Positions 48,255 through 56,428 of a stretch of 64,000 nt of DNA are shown here, piece after piece. Position 1 is the stretch's first letter. Each line of letters starts with the position of its first letter. Source of the DNA: Bacillota bacterium (GTDB lineage Bacteria; Pseudomonadota; Alphaproteobacteria; Sphingomonadales; Sphingomonadaceae). The position numbers were made by a program, and so were the translations under genes. The notes below the pieces were generated by a model. The model searched no databases and was not told where the DNA came from. It worked only from the letters and a program-made list of their open reading frames with translations. The stretch spans positions 16,941-80,940 of the forward strand of contig JBLNCZ010000015.1 of NCBI GenBank assembly GCA_050261135.1, read 5' to 3'.

Positions 48255-48392
48255 TCCTCCCTGCGAGCGAAGCTCGTGGGGAGGGGAACCATCGAACACA
48301 GATTCGATGGTGGAGGGGTAGCAAATGGCGGTGCCCACTACCCCTCCACCATGCTCCGCATGGTTCCCCTCCCCAGCCTTCGGCTGGGGAGG
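48255..48392. repeat. GC-rich nested-palindrome (REP/MITE-like) element, copy C, filling the convergent GNAT/xthA intergenic gap
   Basis: Perfect 15-nt inverted pair GGGGAGGGGAACCAT (48278-48292) / ATGGTTCCCCTCCCC (48360-48374). It encloses a second perfect 15-nt pair ATGGTGGAGGGGTAG (48307-48321) / CTACCCCTCCACCAT (48338-48352). Terminal hairpins are CGAGC-GAA-GCTCG and CCCCAGCC-TTC-GGCTGGGG (48371-48389). Confidence 0.7.
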
Positions 48393-48394
48393 AT

Positions 48395-49171
48395 CTAGGA
48401 AGCGAGCTCGACCCAGGTGGGGGCGTGGTCGCTCGCTTTCTCCTCGCCGCGGGCCCAGCGGTCGACGCCGGCGCCGCTGAGGCGGTCCGCCGCTTCGGGC
48501 GAGCAGAGCAGGTGATCGAGCCGGAAGCCGAGGTCGCGCTGCCAGCAGCCGGCGGTGTAGTCCCAGAATGTGTAGAGCTTGTCGTCGGTGGGATGAAAGG
48601 CGCGCAGCGCGTCGGTCCAGCCCTGGTGCACGATGCGCCGCCAGGCCTGGCGCGCTTCCGGCTGCATGACGGCATCCTTCGCCGTGGCGCGCGCGGAGAA
48701 GACGTCGCGGTCCTCGGGAACGACGTTCCAGTCGCCGCACAGGATCGCCGGACGCTCTTCCTCCAGAAGCTCCGCCGCATGCGCTTCCAAGCGCTCCATC
48801 CAGCGGATCTTGTAGTCGAACTTCTCGGTGCCGACCGGATTGCCGTTGGGCAGGTAGAGCGAGCCGACGACCAGCCCGCCGACCTCCGCCTCGATGTAGC
48901 GGCTGTGGGTGTCGTCGGGGTCGCCGGGAAGGCCGACGCGCCGCAGCTCGGGGGCGTCGCCGCGCGCGAGGATGGCGACTCCGTTGAAGCCCTTCTGGCC
49001 GTGCCACACGGCGCCGTAGCCGGCCGCCTCGATGTCCGCGATCGGAAGCGATTCATCGGCGCATTTGAGCTCCTGCAGGCAGGCGATGTCGGGCTTCTCG
49101 CGGTCAAGCCATTCGAGCAGCCGCGGAAGCCGCGCGCGGATCCCGTTGAGATTGTAGGTGGCGAGCTTCAT
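48395..49171 (-). CDS. xthA: Exodeoxyribonuclease III
   Basis: ORF 48395..49171: MKLATYNLNGIRARLPRLLEWL...LQELK...DWNVVPE...SDHAPTWVEL. Confidence 0.95.
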   Translation of the reverse strand: MKLATYNLNGIRARLPRLLEWLDREKPDIACLQELKCADESLPIADIEAAGYGAVWHGQKGFNGVAILARGDAPELRRVGLPGDPDDTHSRYIEAEVGGLVVGSLYLPNGNPVGTEKFDYKIRWMERLEAHAAELLEEERPAILCGDWNVVPEDRDVFSARATAKDAVMQPEARQAWRRIVHQGWTDALRAFHPTDDKLYTFWDYTAGCWQRDLGFRLDHLLCSPEAADRLSGAGVDRWARGEEKASDHAPTWVELAS

Positions 49172-49195
49172 CGCGCCCGCCCTAGCCGCTGCGGG

Positions 49196-49522
49196 CTAGA
49201 CGGAAAAGCTGCTGCCGCAGCCGCAGCCGGACTGGGCGTTGGGGTTGAGCACCTTGAACGCGGCGCCGTTGAGGTCCTCGACGAAGTCCACCGCCGAGCC
49301 CTTCACCAGCTCGAGGCTGACGGGATCGACGACCAGCTTCACGCCGTCGGTTTCGGCGACCGCGTCGTCGCTTTCGGCGGCTTCGGCGAGCTCGAACTTG
49401 TAGGTGAAGCCGGCGCAGCCGCCGCCGTCGACGGCAAGGCGCAGCACCGCCGGCCTGGACTGGCGCTCGGCGATCCATGCGACGCGCCTGGCGGCGCTCT
49501 CGGTCAGGCTGATGTCGCTCAC
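49196..49522 (-). CDS. erpA: Iron-sulfur cluster insertion protein (HesB/IscA/ErpA family)
   Basis: ORF 49196..49522. Contains LRLAVDGGGCAGFTYKF and the C-terminal GCGCGSSF. Confidence 0.9.
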   Translation of the reverse strand: MSDISLTESAARRVAWIAERQSRPAVLRLAVDGGGCAGFTYKFELAEAAESDDAVAETDGVKLVVDPVSLELVKGSAVDFVEDLNGAAFKVLNPNAQSGCGCGSSFSV

Positions 49523-49565
49523 GAGAGCGAGATAGGAAGCGCCGCGCGGGGCGGCAAGGAAGGGC

Positions 49566-50606
49566 TTAGTGCTGGCCGCCCGCCGGTCCGCCGATGCCGA
49601 CCGCGTCCATCGACGGCGAGCCGGCGCGCTTCTGCATCGCGAGCACGTAGTCGGTCGACTTCATGAACGGGATCGGGTTCACCGGGCGACCGTCGATCCG
49701 CACCTCATAATGGAGGTGGTTGCCGGTCGAGCGGCCGGTCGAGCCCATGCGGCCGATCTGCTGGCCGCGCGTGACATGGTCGCCGGGGTGCACGAGGACC
49801 GCCGACATGTGGCCGTAGCGCGTGGTGATTCCGCGGCCGTGGTCGAGCTCGACCATGTTGCCGTAGCCGCCCGAGTTCCAGCCGGCGCGGACGACGGTGC
49901 CGTCGGCGGTGGCGTAGATCGGCGTGCCGTAGGAGCCGGCGAGGTCGATTCCGGGGTGCATCGCGGCGCCGCGGCGGAACGGATCGTCGCGAACGCCGAA
50001 GCCGCTGGTGAAGGTCACCTCGGCGCGGATCGGCTTGTCGGACGGGATTGCGATGACGTCGTTCTGAAGCTCGTCGAGCTTCTTCCAGCTGTTGAACAGC
50101 GCCTTGAAGGTGGGATTGCCGACGCTCTCGAACGGGCCGCCGACGGCGCCTGCACCGCCCTGCGCGGGCTTGATGCCGAGGCGGTGAAGCTCTTCGGCGG
50201 TGACCTGGTAGCGGACGTCGAGCGCGCGGGCGACGAGCGCCGCCTGCTCGAGCTGCTCCTGCTCGACGCGGGCGAGCGGACCGTCCTTGGCGAGGCGGCC
50301 GGTCGTGGCGGCCGCCTGGACCATCGCCGGATCGATCTTCTGGCCGGTGAGCGCCGCTTCGATCAGCGCCTGGCGCTGCTCCAGAAGCCGCGCGCGCATC
50401 TCGGTCGCTGCGGTGAGGGTGGTGTGCGGCCGGGTGACGAGGCGGGCGGTGGCGAAGCTCGCCCAGGCGACGAGGCCGAGAAGGATGACGAAGAGGACAG
50501 CCTGGACCGGTGCGGAAATGCGGAAGCGGCGAAGCTTCTTTCCATCGTGGATGAAGAGATCGCGATCGCGGAACAACGCCGTCGTGCCGGCCAGTACTTG
50601 CGTCAT
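49566..50606 (-). CDS. M23-family (LytM-type) peptidoglycan metalloendopeptidase, membrane-anchored with a coiled-coil
   Basis: ORF 49566..50630 trimmed to ATG 50606. TM segment VQAVLFVILLGLVAWASF. LytM motifs HPGIDLAG, GNMVELDHG and GNHLHYEVR are present. Confidence 0.9.
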   Translation of the reverse strand: MTQVLAGTTALFRDRDLFIHDGKKLRRFRISAPVQAVLFVILLGLVAWASFATARLVTRPHTTLTAATEMRARLLEQRQALIEAALTGQKIDPAMVQAAATTGRLAKDGPLARVEQEQLEQAALVARALDVRYQVTAEELHRLGIKPAQGGAGAVGGPFESVGNPTFKALFNSWKKLDELQNDVIAIPSDKPIRAEVTFTSGFGVRDDPFRRGAAMHPGIDLAGSYGTPIYATADGTVVRAGWNSGGYGNMVELDHGRGITTRYGHMSAVLVHPGDHVTRGQQIGRMGSTGRSTGNHLHYEVRIDGRPVNPIPFMKSTDYVLAMQKRAGSPSMDAVGIGGPAGGQH

Positions 50607-51000
50607 TACGTCCCCGCTCCAAAGCTCCAACGAGCGCGCAAAAGCGCGCCCGCGCCGTTTCGATCAAACTTCAGGAGCTCCCCAGCCCCCAGCCGGACGC
50701 ACGCATTGCCCGTTGCGCGTCGGCGAAGGCGACACTGCTTCCGGATGGTTAACAAATTCAACCTGACCTGCAGCGGCGCGGGACGAGTCGCGACGAGCGT
50801 GCGGTGAACCGTTCAACTCGGCCGTTCCGGGCAGCGATTCGAGCAAATTCAACGATTTGTGCAGTGCAGCATTTCTTCCGGCCGGCGATTCGGCCGCGAA
50901 TCTTTCACCGGGGCGGTTGCCAGCGCACGAGCAGCCGTTACACCCGGCGCCGGGCCACGCCGTCCCAACGCGGCGCGAGCTCTCTGCAAGGAGAGTGACA

Positions 51001-52167
51001 TTGACTGACACGATTGCGGCCGGGGCCGAAGTGCGCCCGGCGAAGCCCCACACGAAACCCAGCCGTCCGAATTTCTCGTCGGGCCCGTGCGCCAAACCGC
51101 CGGGCTGGAGCGCGGAGAGGCTCGACACGAGCGCGCTCGGCCGTTCGCACCGAGGCACGATCGGCAAGGCGAATCTCGCCGAAGCGATCGAGCGGACGCA
51201 CGCGCTGCTGCGGCTGCCGGCGGACTACAAGCTCGGCATCGTCCCGGCGTCGGATACCGGCGCGATGGAGATGGCGATCTGGGCGCTGCTCGGCACGCGC
51301 CCCGTGACCATGCTCGCGTGGGAGAGCTTCGGCGCGGGCTGGGTCACCGACGTCGCCAAGCAGCTCAAGCTGGAAGCGGACATCCGCACGGCCGATTACG
51401 GCCACATCGCCGACCTAAGCGGCATCGACCCGGCGAGCGACGTGGTGTTCACCTGGAACGGCACGACCAGCGGAGTCCGGGTGCCGGACGCGGACTGGAT
51501 CGCGGCCGACCGGACAGGGCTTTCTATTTGCGACGCAACATCGGCCGCCTTCGCGCAGGACATCGACTGGCCGAAGATCGATGTCGGCACCTTCAGCTGG
51601 CAGAAGGCGCTCGGCGGCGAGGCCGCGCACGGGATGCTCGTGCTCAGCCCGCGCGCGGTCGAGCGGCTCGAGCGCGAGCCGGCGCCGCGGCCGCTGCCGA
51701 AAATCTTCCGCCTGACCAAAGGCGGGAAGCTGATCGACGGCATCTTCAAGGGCGAGACGATCAACACGCCCTCGATGCTCGCGGTCGAGGACTGGCTCTT
51801 GTGCCTCGACTGGGCCGAGAAGGCCGGCGGACTTCCCGGATTGATCGCGCGCGCCGACGCCAACGCGGCCGCGCTCGACCGCTGGGTGCAATCTACGGGC
51901 TGGATCGAGCATCTCGCCGCGGACCCGGCGATCCGCTCCAACACCTCCGTCTGCCTGCAGTTCGCCGACCGCTCGGACGAGGAAGCGAACCGGTCCCGGC
52001 AGAAAGCGATCGGCAAGCTGCTCGAGCAAGAAGGCGCTGCCTACGACATCACCGCCTATCGCGACGCGCCGCCCGGGCTTCGCATCTGGTGCGGCGCGAC
52101 GGTCGACACTGCGGACATCGAGGCGCTGGGCCCCTGGCTCGACTGGGCGTGGGAGGCGACGGCGTGA
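51001..52167 (+). CDS. serC: Phosphoserine aminotransferase
   Basis: Frame of ORF 50857..52167. TTG 51001 is preferred as start because AAGGAG (50988-50993) lies 7 nt upstream; GTG 50995 is too close to it. Contains [12 protein letters not shown] and [13 protein letters not shown]. Confidence 0.92.
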   Translation: MTDTIAAGAEVRPAKPHTKPSRPNFSSGPCAKPPGWSAERLDTSALGRSHRGTIGKANLAEAIERTHALLRLPADYKLGIVPASDTGAMEMAIWALLGTRPVTMLAWESFGAGWVTDVAKQLKLEADIRTADYGHIADLSGIDPASDVVFTWNGTTSGVRVPDADWIAADRTGLSICDATSAAFAQDIDWPKIDVGTFSWQKALGGEAAHGMLVLSPRAVERLEREPAPRPLPKIFRLTKGGKLIDGIFKGETINTPSMLAVEDWLLCLDWAEKAGGLPGLIARADANAAALDRWVQSTGWIEHLAADPAIRSNTSVCLQFADRSDEEANRSRQKAIGKLLEQEGAAYDITAYRDAPPGLRIWCGATVDTADIEALGPWLDWAWEATA

Positions 52168-53753
52168 GCGAGCAAGTGCGCGTACTCATCGGGGACAAGA
52201 TGGACCCGAAGGCGGCAGCCATCTTCCGCGACCGGGGAATCGAGGTCGACGAAAAGCCGGGGCTTACCCCGGACGAGCTCAAGGAGATCATCGGCAATTA
52301 CGACGGCCTTGCGGTTCGCAGCTCGACGCGAGTAACCGCGCCGGTGATGGATGCTGCACTGCCGCGCCTGAAGGTGATCGGCCGCGCAGGAATCGGGGTC
52401 GACACGATCGACGTGCCCGCCGCCAGCGCGCGCGGAATCGTCGTCATGAACACGCCCTTCGGCAATTCCATCACCACTGCCGAGCATGCGATCGCCATGC
52501 TCTTCGCGCTCGCCCGCGAGATCCCGCAGGCCGACCAGTCGACCCAGTCGGGCAAGTGGGAGAAGAACCGCTTCATGGGCGTCGAGCTGGCGGGAAAGAC
52601 GCTCGGCCTGATCGGCTGCGGCAATATCGGCTCGATCGTCGCCGACCGCGCGCATGGGCTCAAGATGAAGGTCGTCGCCTACGACCCGTTCCTGTCGCCC
52701 GAGCGCGCGGTGGAACTGGGGGTCGAGAAGGTCGAGCTGGACGAGCTGCTGAGCCGCGCCGACTTCATCACCCTGCACACGCCGCTGACCGACCAGACGC
52801 GGGGAATCCTGAGCCGCGAGGCGCTCGCCAAGACCAAGCCGGGCGTGCGCATCGTCAATTGCGCGCGCGGCGGCCTCATCGACGAAGCGGCGCTGAAGGA
52901 GGGTCTCGAATCCGGCCATATCGCGGGCGCGGCGCTCGACGTCTTTGCCGAGGAGCCGGCGAACGAGAACCCGCTGTTCGGCACGCGCGGCCTCATCTGC
53001 ACGCCCCACCTCGGCGCGTCGACCACCGAGGCGCAGGTCAATGTCGCGATCCAGGTCGCCGAGCAGATGGCCGATTTCCTGCTGCTGGGCGGGATCACCA
53101 ATGCCGTGAACGTCCCGTCCCTGTCGGCCGAGGAAGCGCCGCGCCTGCGCCCCTACATGGCGCTTGCCGAAAAGCTCGGCCGCCTCATCGGCCAGATCGC
53201 CGGCACCGAGATCCGCTCGATCGACGTCGAGGTGGAAGGCGCCGCCGCCGAGCTCAACATGAAGCCGATCACCGGCGCCGTGCTCGCTGGCGTGATGCGC
53301 ACCTGGTCGGACACGGTGAACATGGTCAACGCGCCCTACCTTGCGAAAGAGCGCGGCATAGCCGTGCGCGAAATCCGCAACGAAGGCGAAGGCGACTATC
53401 ACACGCTGGTCGCGGTGACCGTCGGGACGGAACAGGGCGAGAAGCGCGTCGAAGGGACCTTGTTCGGCAATCGCGCGCCGAGACTGGTGAAGATCTTCGG
53501 CATCCCCGTCGAAGCCGACCTCAGCGGGCAGATGATCTATATCGTCAACACCGACGCGCCGGGGTTCATCGGCGCGCTCGGGACGAAGCTCGGCGAGAAC
53601 GGGCTCAACATCGCGACCTTCAACCTGGGAAGGCGAGAGCAGGCCGGCGAGGCGGTCGCGCTGGTCGCGGTCGACGATCCGATCAGCCCGGACGTCGCGC
53701 GCCAGCTGCAGGATCTTCCCGGCGTGCTCCAGGTCGTGCCGCTAAGCTTCTAG
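52164..53753 (+). CDS. serA: D-3-phosphoglycerate dehydrogenase (long form with ASB/ACT domains)
   Basis: Frame of ORF 51087..53753. GTG 52164 overlaps the serC TGA (GTGA). Contains [16 protein letters not shown] (NAD-binding), [20 protein letters not shown] and a C-terminal ACT domain. Confidence 0.95.
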   Translation: MSEQVRVLIGDKMDPKAAAIFRDRGIEVDEKPGLTPDELKEIIGNYDGLAVRSSTRVTAPVMDAALPRLKVIGRAGIGVDTIDVPAASARGIVVMNTPFGNSITTAEHAIAMLFALAREIPQADQSTQSGKWEKNRFMGVELAGKTLGLIGCGNIGSIVADRAHGLKMKVVAYDPFLSPERAVELGVEKVELDELLSRADFITLHTPLTDQTRGILSREALAKTKPGVRIVNCARGGLIDEAALKEGLESGHIAGAALDVFAEEPANENPLFGTRGLICTPHLGASTTEAQVNVAIQVAEQMADFLLLGGITNAVNVPSLSAEEAPRLRPYMALAEKLGRLIGQIAGTEIRSIDVEVEGAAAELNMKPITGAVLAGVMRTWSDTVNMVNAPYLAKERGIAVREIRNEGEGDYHTLVAVTVGTEQGEKRVEGTLFGNRAPRLVKIFGIPVEADLSGQMIYIVNTDAPGFIGALGTKLGENGLNIATFNLGRREQAGEAVALVAVDDPISPDVARQLQDLPGVLQVVPLSF

Positions 53754-53769
53754 CGGCAGAGAAGCGCGC

Positions 53770-54054
53770 CTAGGGGAAGACGCGCCGGTCGTTGTCGGCA
53801 AAACCGGATTTGACGGCGCCGGACCATGGCGTGTTGCGGGCCGCACGGCCCGGACGCGCGCCCAGCAGGGTGAAATTATGCCGCCCGTCGCGCAGCAGGA
53901 CTGTCGCCGACAGCGGTTTCGGACGCGGCGCGCTCGCTTTCCGCCGCACGATGTAGCCCAGCCAGGCGAACGCCAGGCGGAACATGGGCACCGACGGCTC
54001 CTCGGCCCCGTAGGAACGGGACCCGTGATAATCGATCTCGCGACGCCATCTCAT
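53770..54054 (-). CDS. Hypothetical protein (94 aa)
   Basis: ORF 53770..54114 trimmed to ATG 54054 (AAGGAG 7 nt upstream): MRWRREIDYHGSRSYGAEEPSVPMFRLAFAWLGYIVRR... No family recognised. It is divergent from the LysR gene. Confidence 0.5.
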   Translation of the reverse strand: MRWRREIDYHGSRSYGAEEPSVPMFRLAFAWLGYIVRRKASAPRPKPLSATVLLRDGRHNFTLLGARPGRAARNTPWSGAVKSGFADNDRRVFP

Positions 54055-54136
54055 CTTCGATCTCCTTTCAGCTGCGAAGCTTTGAGAAGTTCGAACCGCT
54101 CCGCGCGCAATCATCTCTTCTGCCGATGGGAGACGA

Positions 54137-54157
54137 CAAGCAAACGAATAGAATTGC
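54137..54157. promoter_or_regulatory. 21-bp operator-like motif, left copy (CAAGCAAACGAATAGAATTGC)
   Basis: It lies in the divergent spacer between the 53770..54054 gene and the LysR gene. The reverse complement of the copy at 55065-55085 is identical at 20 of 21 positions. Internal dyad is GCAA-N10-TTGC. Confidence 0.55.
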
Positions 54158-54185
54158 GCGTTGATATGGATTATTCTGCATTGAA

Positions 54186-55034
54186 ATGGACATTGCCGCC
54201 GCCCGCACCTTCCTCGAGATCGTCAAGACGGGAAGCTTCGTCCGCGCCGCGGCGAACCTCAACATCACGCAAACGGCCGTGAGCGCGCGGGTGCGCGTGC
54301 TGGAGGACCAGCTCGACCGCCAGCTCTTCATCCGCAACAAGTCCGGTGCGCGGCTGACTCCGGCCGGAGACCAGTTCCTTCGCTACGCAACCACGCTCGT
54401 GCAGGTGTGGGAGCGGGCGCGGCACGACGTCGGCATGCCGCTCGGCCGCGACAATCTCGTCACCGTCGGAGGCGAGCACAGCCTGTGGAATCCGCTGCTC
54501 CTCAATTGGCTCGTGTGGATGAAGCGAGACTGCCCGGACGTCGCCATCCGCGCGCAGGTCGACATTCCCGAACGGCTGATCGACCAGGTGCAGGAGGGGA
54601 TCGTCGACCTGGCCGTCCTCTATGCGCCGCCGCTTCGTACAGGCCTGGTTGCCGAGCTGCTGGTCGAGGAAGCGCTCGTGGCGGTAACCACCGAGAAGCC
54701 CGGAGGGAGCTCGGCCGGCGACTATGTGTTCGTCGATTGGGGCTCCGAGTTCCGCGGCTATCATCACACGGCCTTCCCCGACGCTCCGAGCCCGGCACTG
54801 TCGGTCAACCACGGGCCGCTGGCGCTCGACTATCTCCTCGCCGTGGGCGGCAGCGGATATTTCCGCATGGAGGCGGCCCGTCCGCATCTGGAGGCTGGGC
54901 GGCTCCATCTCGTCCCCGACAAGCCGCGCTTCTCCTACTCTGTGTACGCGCTGTACTCCGCCAAGGCGGACGAACGGCTGATGGAGCGGGTTCGCAATGG
55001 GCTGAGGGCTGTCGCCGCCTCACGCGACGCCTAG
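54186..55034 (+). CDS. LysR family transcriptional regulator
   Basis: ORF 54186..55034. N-terminal HTH MDIAAARTFLEIVKTGSFVRAAANLNITQTAVSARVRVLEDQL plus a LysR substrate-binding domain. Confidence 0.93.
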   Translation: MDIAAARTFLEIVKTGSFVRAAANLNITQTAVSARVRVLEDQLDRQLFIRNKSGARLTPAGDQFLRYATTLVQVWERARHDVGMPLGRDNLVTVGGEHSLWNPLLLNWLVWMKRDCPDVAIRAQVDIPERLIDQVQEGIVDLAVLYAPPLRTGLVAELLVEEALVAVTTEKPGGSSAGDYVFVDWGSEFRGYHHTAFPDAPSPALSVNHGPLALDYLLAVGGSGYFRMEAARPHLEAGRLHLVPDKPRFSYSVYALYSAKADERLMERVRNGLRAVAASRDA

Positions 55035-55064
55035 CGCTAACAGCACCAATCTTCATATGAACTA

Positions 55065-55085
55065 GCAATACTATTCGTTTGCTTG
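55065..55085. promoter_or_regulatory. 21-bp operator-like motif, right copy (GCAATACTATTCGTTTGCTTG), inverted relative to the left copy
   Basis: It lies downstream of the LysR stop and about 52 nt upstream of the ATG of the 55137..55526 gene. It has the same orientation relative to its flanking outward-facing gene as the left copy. Confidence 0.55.
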
Positions 55086-55136
55086 GTGTACCGCGCCGTC
55101 CCACATTGCCTCAGGGCAGGTGATGTGGAGACAGCG

Positions 55137-55526
55137 ATGAAGCACGCGCCCGCACTTCTGGATGACGCCGACCAGCTGACGCACCCGCCGAGGCTGCACG
55201 AGGGAGGCGTCTTCGGCGACATTCCCGGATCGATCTGGGTTGCGTTCCTTTCGGCCTGGGCCCTGCTGTTCGCGCTCTTCCTTTTCTTCTTCACCGGAGA
55301 CGGGCCGGCGAAGCTGGCGGTCGTCACCGCGTCGTTCTTCGCCTTGATGACGCTCGGCCTGCCCGCGGCGATCGGCGGCCATCGCGGCGGCGCGCCCAAG
55401 AGGTCGCCGCGCGTGATCATGACGCTCACCGGGCTGATCCCGACCCGCGAGGCGGCGACGCAGATCCTTCTGATTCCCGTCGGGGCCGTCTTCGGCATCG
55501 TCGCATTCATCATCCTGGCGCTCTAG
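55137..55526 (+). CDS. Small integral membrane protein, hypothetical
   Basis: ORF 55083..55526 trimmed to ATG 55137 (GGAGA Shine-Dalgarno). Three hydrophobic segments: IWVAFLSAWALLFALFLFFF, LAVVTASFFALMTLGLPAAI and ILLIPVGAVFGIVAFIILAL. Confidence 0.65.
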   Translation: MKHAPALLDDADQLTHPPRLHEGGVFGDIPGSIWVAFLSAWALLFALFLFFFTGDGPAKLAVVTASFFALMTLGLPAAIGGHRGGAPKRSPRVIMTLTGLIPTREAATQILLIPVGAVFGIVAFIILAL

Positions 55527-55542
55527 CGCACGGCCAGCCAAA

Positions 55543-55574
55543 GGGCGCTCCGAACCTGCCCTCCCGGAGCGCCC
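55543..55574 (+). other. Stem-loop between the membrane-protein gene and nrtS, sharing arm sequence with the terminator at 55879-55904
   Basis: GGGCGCTCCG (55543-55552) / CGGAGCGCCC (55565-55574) forms a perfect 10-bp stem with a 12-nt loop. There is no U-tract. Confidence 0.5.
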
Positions 55575-55652
55575 CCTCAGCCTTCCGCCGCGCTCGACAC
55601 CGCTGGAGCTGAAGCCGCCTTGCTCCTATCGGTCGGGGCGGAGCCGACCGAC

Positions 55653-55874
55653 ATGACCCCGCGTGAAGCATTTCGGCGCACGTTCGCCTGGAAATCGACC
55701 GGCCGGTCGCTGACCGTCGCGCTGCTGATCGGGACGGTGCTCAATGCGATCAACCAGGGACCCGAGATATTCAGCGGTCAGTGGCCGGTGTGGTGGAAGC
55801 TGCTTCTGACCTATTCGGTGCCGTTCTGCGTCGCCAGCTACGGCAGCTACGCGGCCTTCCGGAGCTCGGAATAA
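55653..55874 (+). CDS. nrtS: NrtS-family putative nitrate/nitrite transporter (small membrane protein)
   Basis: ORF 55620..55874 trimmed to ATG 55653. LTVALLIGTVLNAINQGPEIFSG...WWKLLLTYSVPFCVASYGSYAAF matches the NrtS pattern (VGT.LN.INQG ... LTY.VPFCV..YG) as I recall it. Confidence 0.7.
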   Translation: MTPREAFRRTFAWKSTGRSLTVALLIGTVLNAINQGPEIFSGQWPVWWKLLLTYSVPFCVASYGSYAAFRSSE

Positions 55875-55878
55875 AGAA

Positions 55879-55904
55879 AGGGCGCTCCCGTGAGGGAGCG
55901 CCCT
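55879..55904. terminator. Bidirectional stem-loop terminator between convergent nrtS and the lipoprotein gene
   Basis: AGGGCGCTCCC (55879-55889) GTGA GGGAGCGCCCT (55894-55904) forms a perfect 11-bp stem. An A-rich run lies upstream on the plus strand (ATAAAGAAA). Confidence 0.65.
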
Positions 55905-55940
55905 GGGACCACCTGCGTGCGAGTGGACCCGGTCGAAAGA

Positions 55941-56207
55941 TTAATGCGAGGCGCTGTTGCCGTCGGCGTCGGCGCTGTTGCGGACCGCGTCGGCCTGGTT
56001 CTCGCCGGCGTTGCGCACCGCGTCCGCCGTGTTCTCGGCATTGGCCTGCATGTTGTCGGCCGCATTGTCGGCATTGGCCTCGATGGTGTCGGCGGTGTTC
56101 TCCGCGTTCGCCTCGATATTGTCGGCCGCCTGCTCGTTCGGGTTCTTGTTGCAAGCCGTGAGTGCGCCAAGGCCAAGCGCAATGGCAAGGACGGTGGTGG
56201 TTTTCAT
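55941..56207 (-). CDS. Small lipoprotein built from five 11-residue repeats (LEA/apolipoprotein-like periodicity)
   Basis: ORF 55941..56294 trimmed to ATG 56207. Lipobox LGALTAC, followed by [11 protein letters not shown] / [11 protein letters not shown] / [11 protein letters not shown] / [11 protein letters not shown] / [11 protein letters not shown]. Confidence 0.75.
   Translation of the reverse strand: MKTTTVLAIALGLGALTACNKNPNEQAADNIEANAENTADTIEANADNAADNMQANAENTADAVRNAGENQADAVRNSADADGNSASH
55977..56141. repeat. Five imperfect tandem 33-bp repeats (coding, within the lipoprotein gene)
   Basis: Units are 55977-56009, 56010-56042, 56043-56075, 56076-56108 and 56109-56141. Examples: GTTGCGGACCGCGTCGGCCTGGTTCTCGCCGGC and GTTGCGCACCGCGTCCGCCGTGTTCTCGGCATT. 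Confidence 0.8.
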
Positions 56208-56258
56208 GTCTGAGTTTCCCCTATTGCTGTAGGCGTGCGCCGGAGCGCTGGCAGCAAA

Positions 56259-56284
56259 TACGCGCAACTGCTGTTTTCTGTTCC
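56259..56284 (-). promoter_or_regulatory. EcfG/SigT-type general-stress promoter candidate (GGAAC-N17-CGTA) upstream of the 11-mer-repeat lipoprotein
   Basis: The minus strand reads GGAAC AGAAAACAGCAGTTGCG CGTA, ending 52 nt upstream of ATG 56207. The alphaproteobacterial consensus is GGAAC-N16-17-CGTT, so there is one mismatch in the -10 element. Confidence 0.35.
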
Positions 56285-56428
56285 GCCGCCTCAATGATCC
56301 GCTGCCGAATGCCGATCGGCGTTCGGGCTTCAGAGGCCGGGGAGCGCGGATCGGCCGCAGCGATGCGCTGGACGAACCGCGGCTCCGCCCCTAGGAGCCG
56401 TCGGACCGCTCAGAACCAGGGAAGAAAC

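Noticed and set aside
50804-50998. 64-aa ORF in the serC upstream spacer
   Set aside because: It has an Arg/Ser/Ala-rich junk-like translation, no Shine-Dalgarno, and it overlaps the serC ribosome-binding region.
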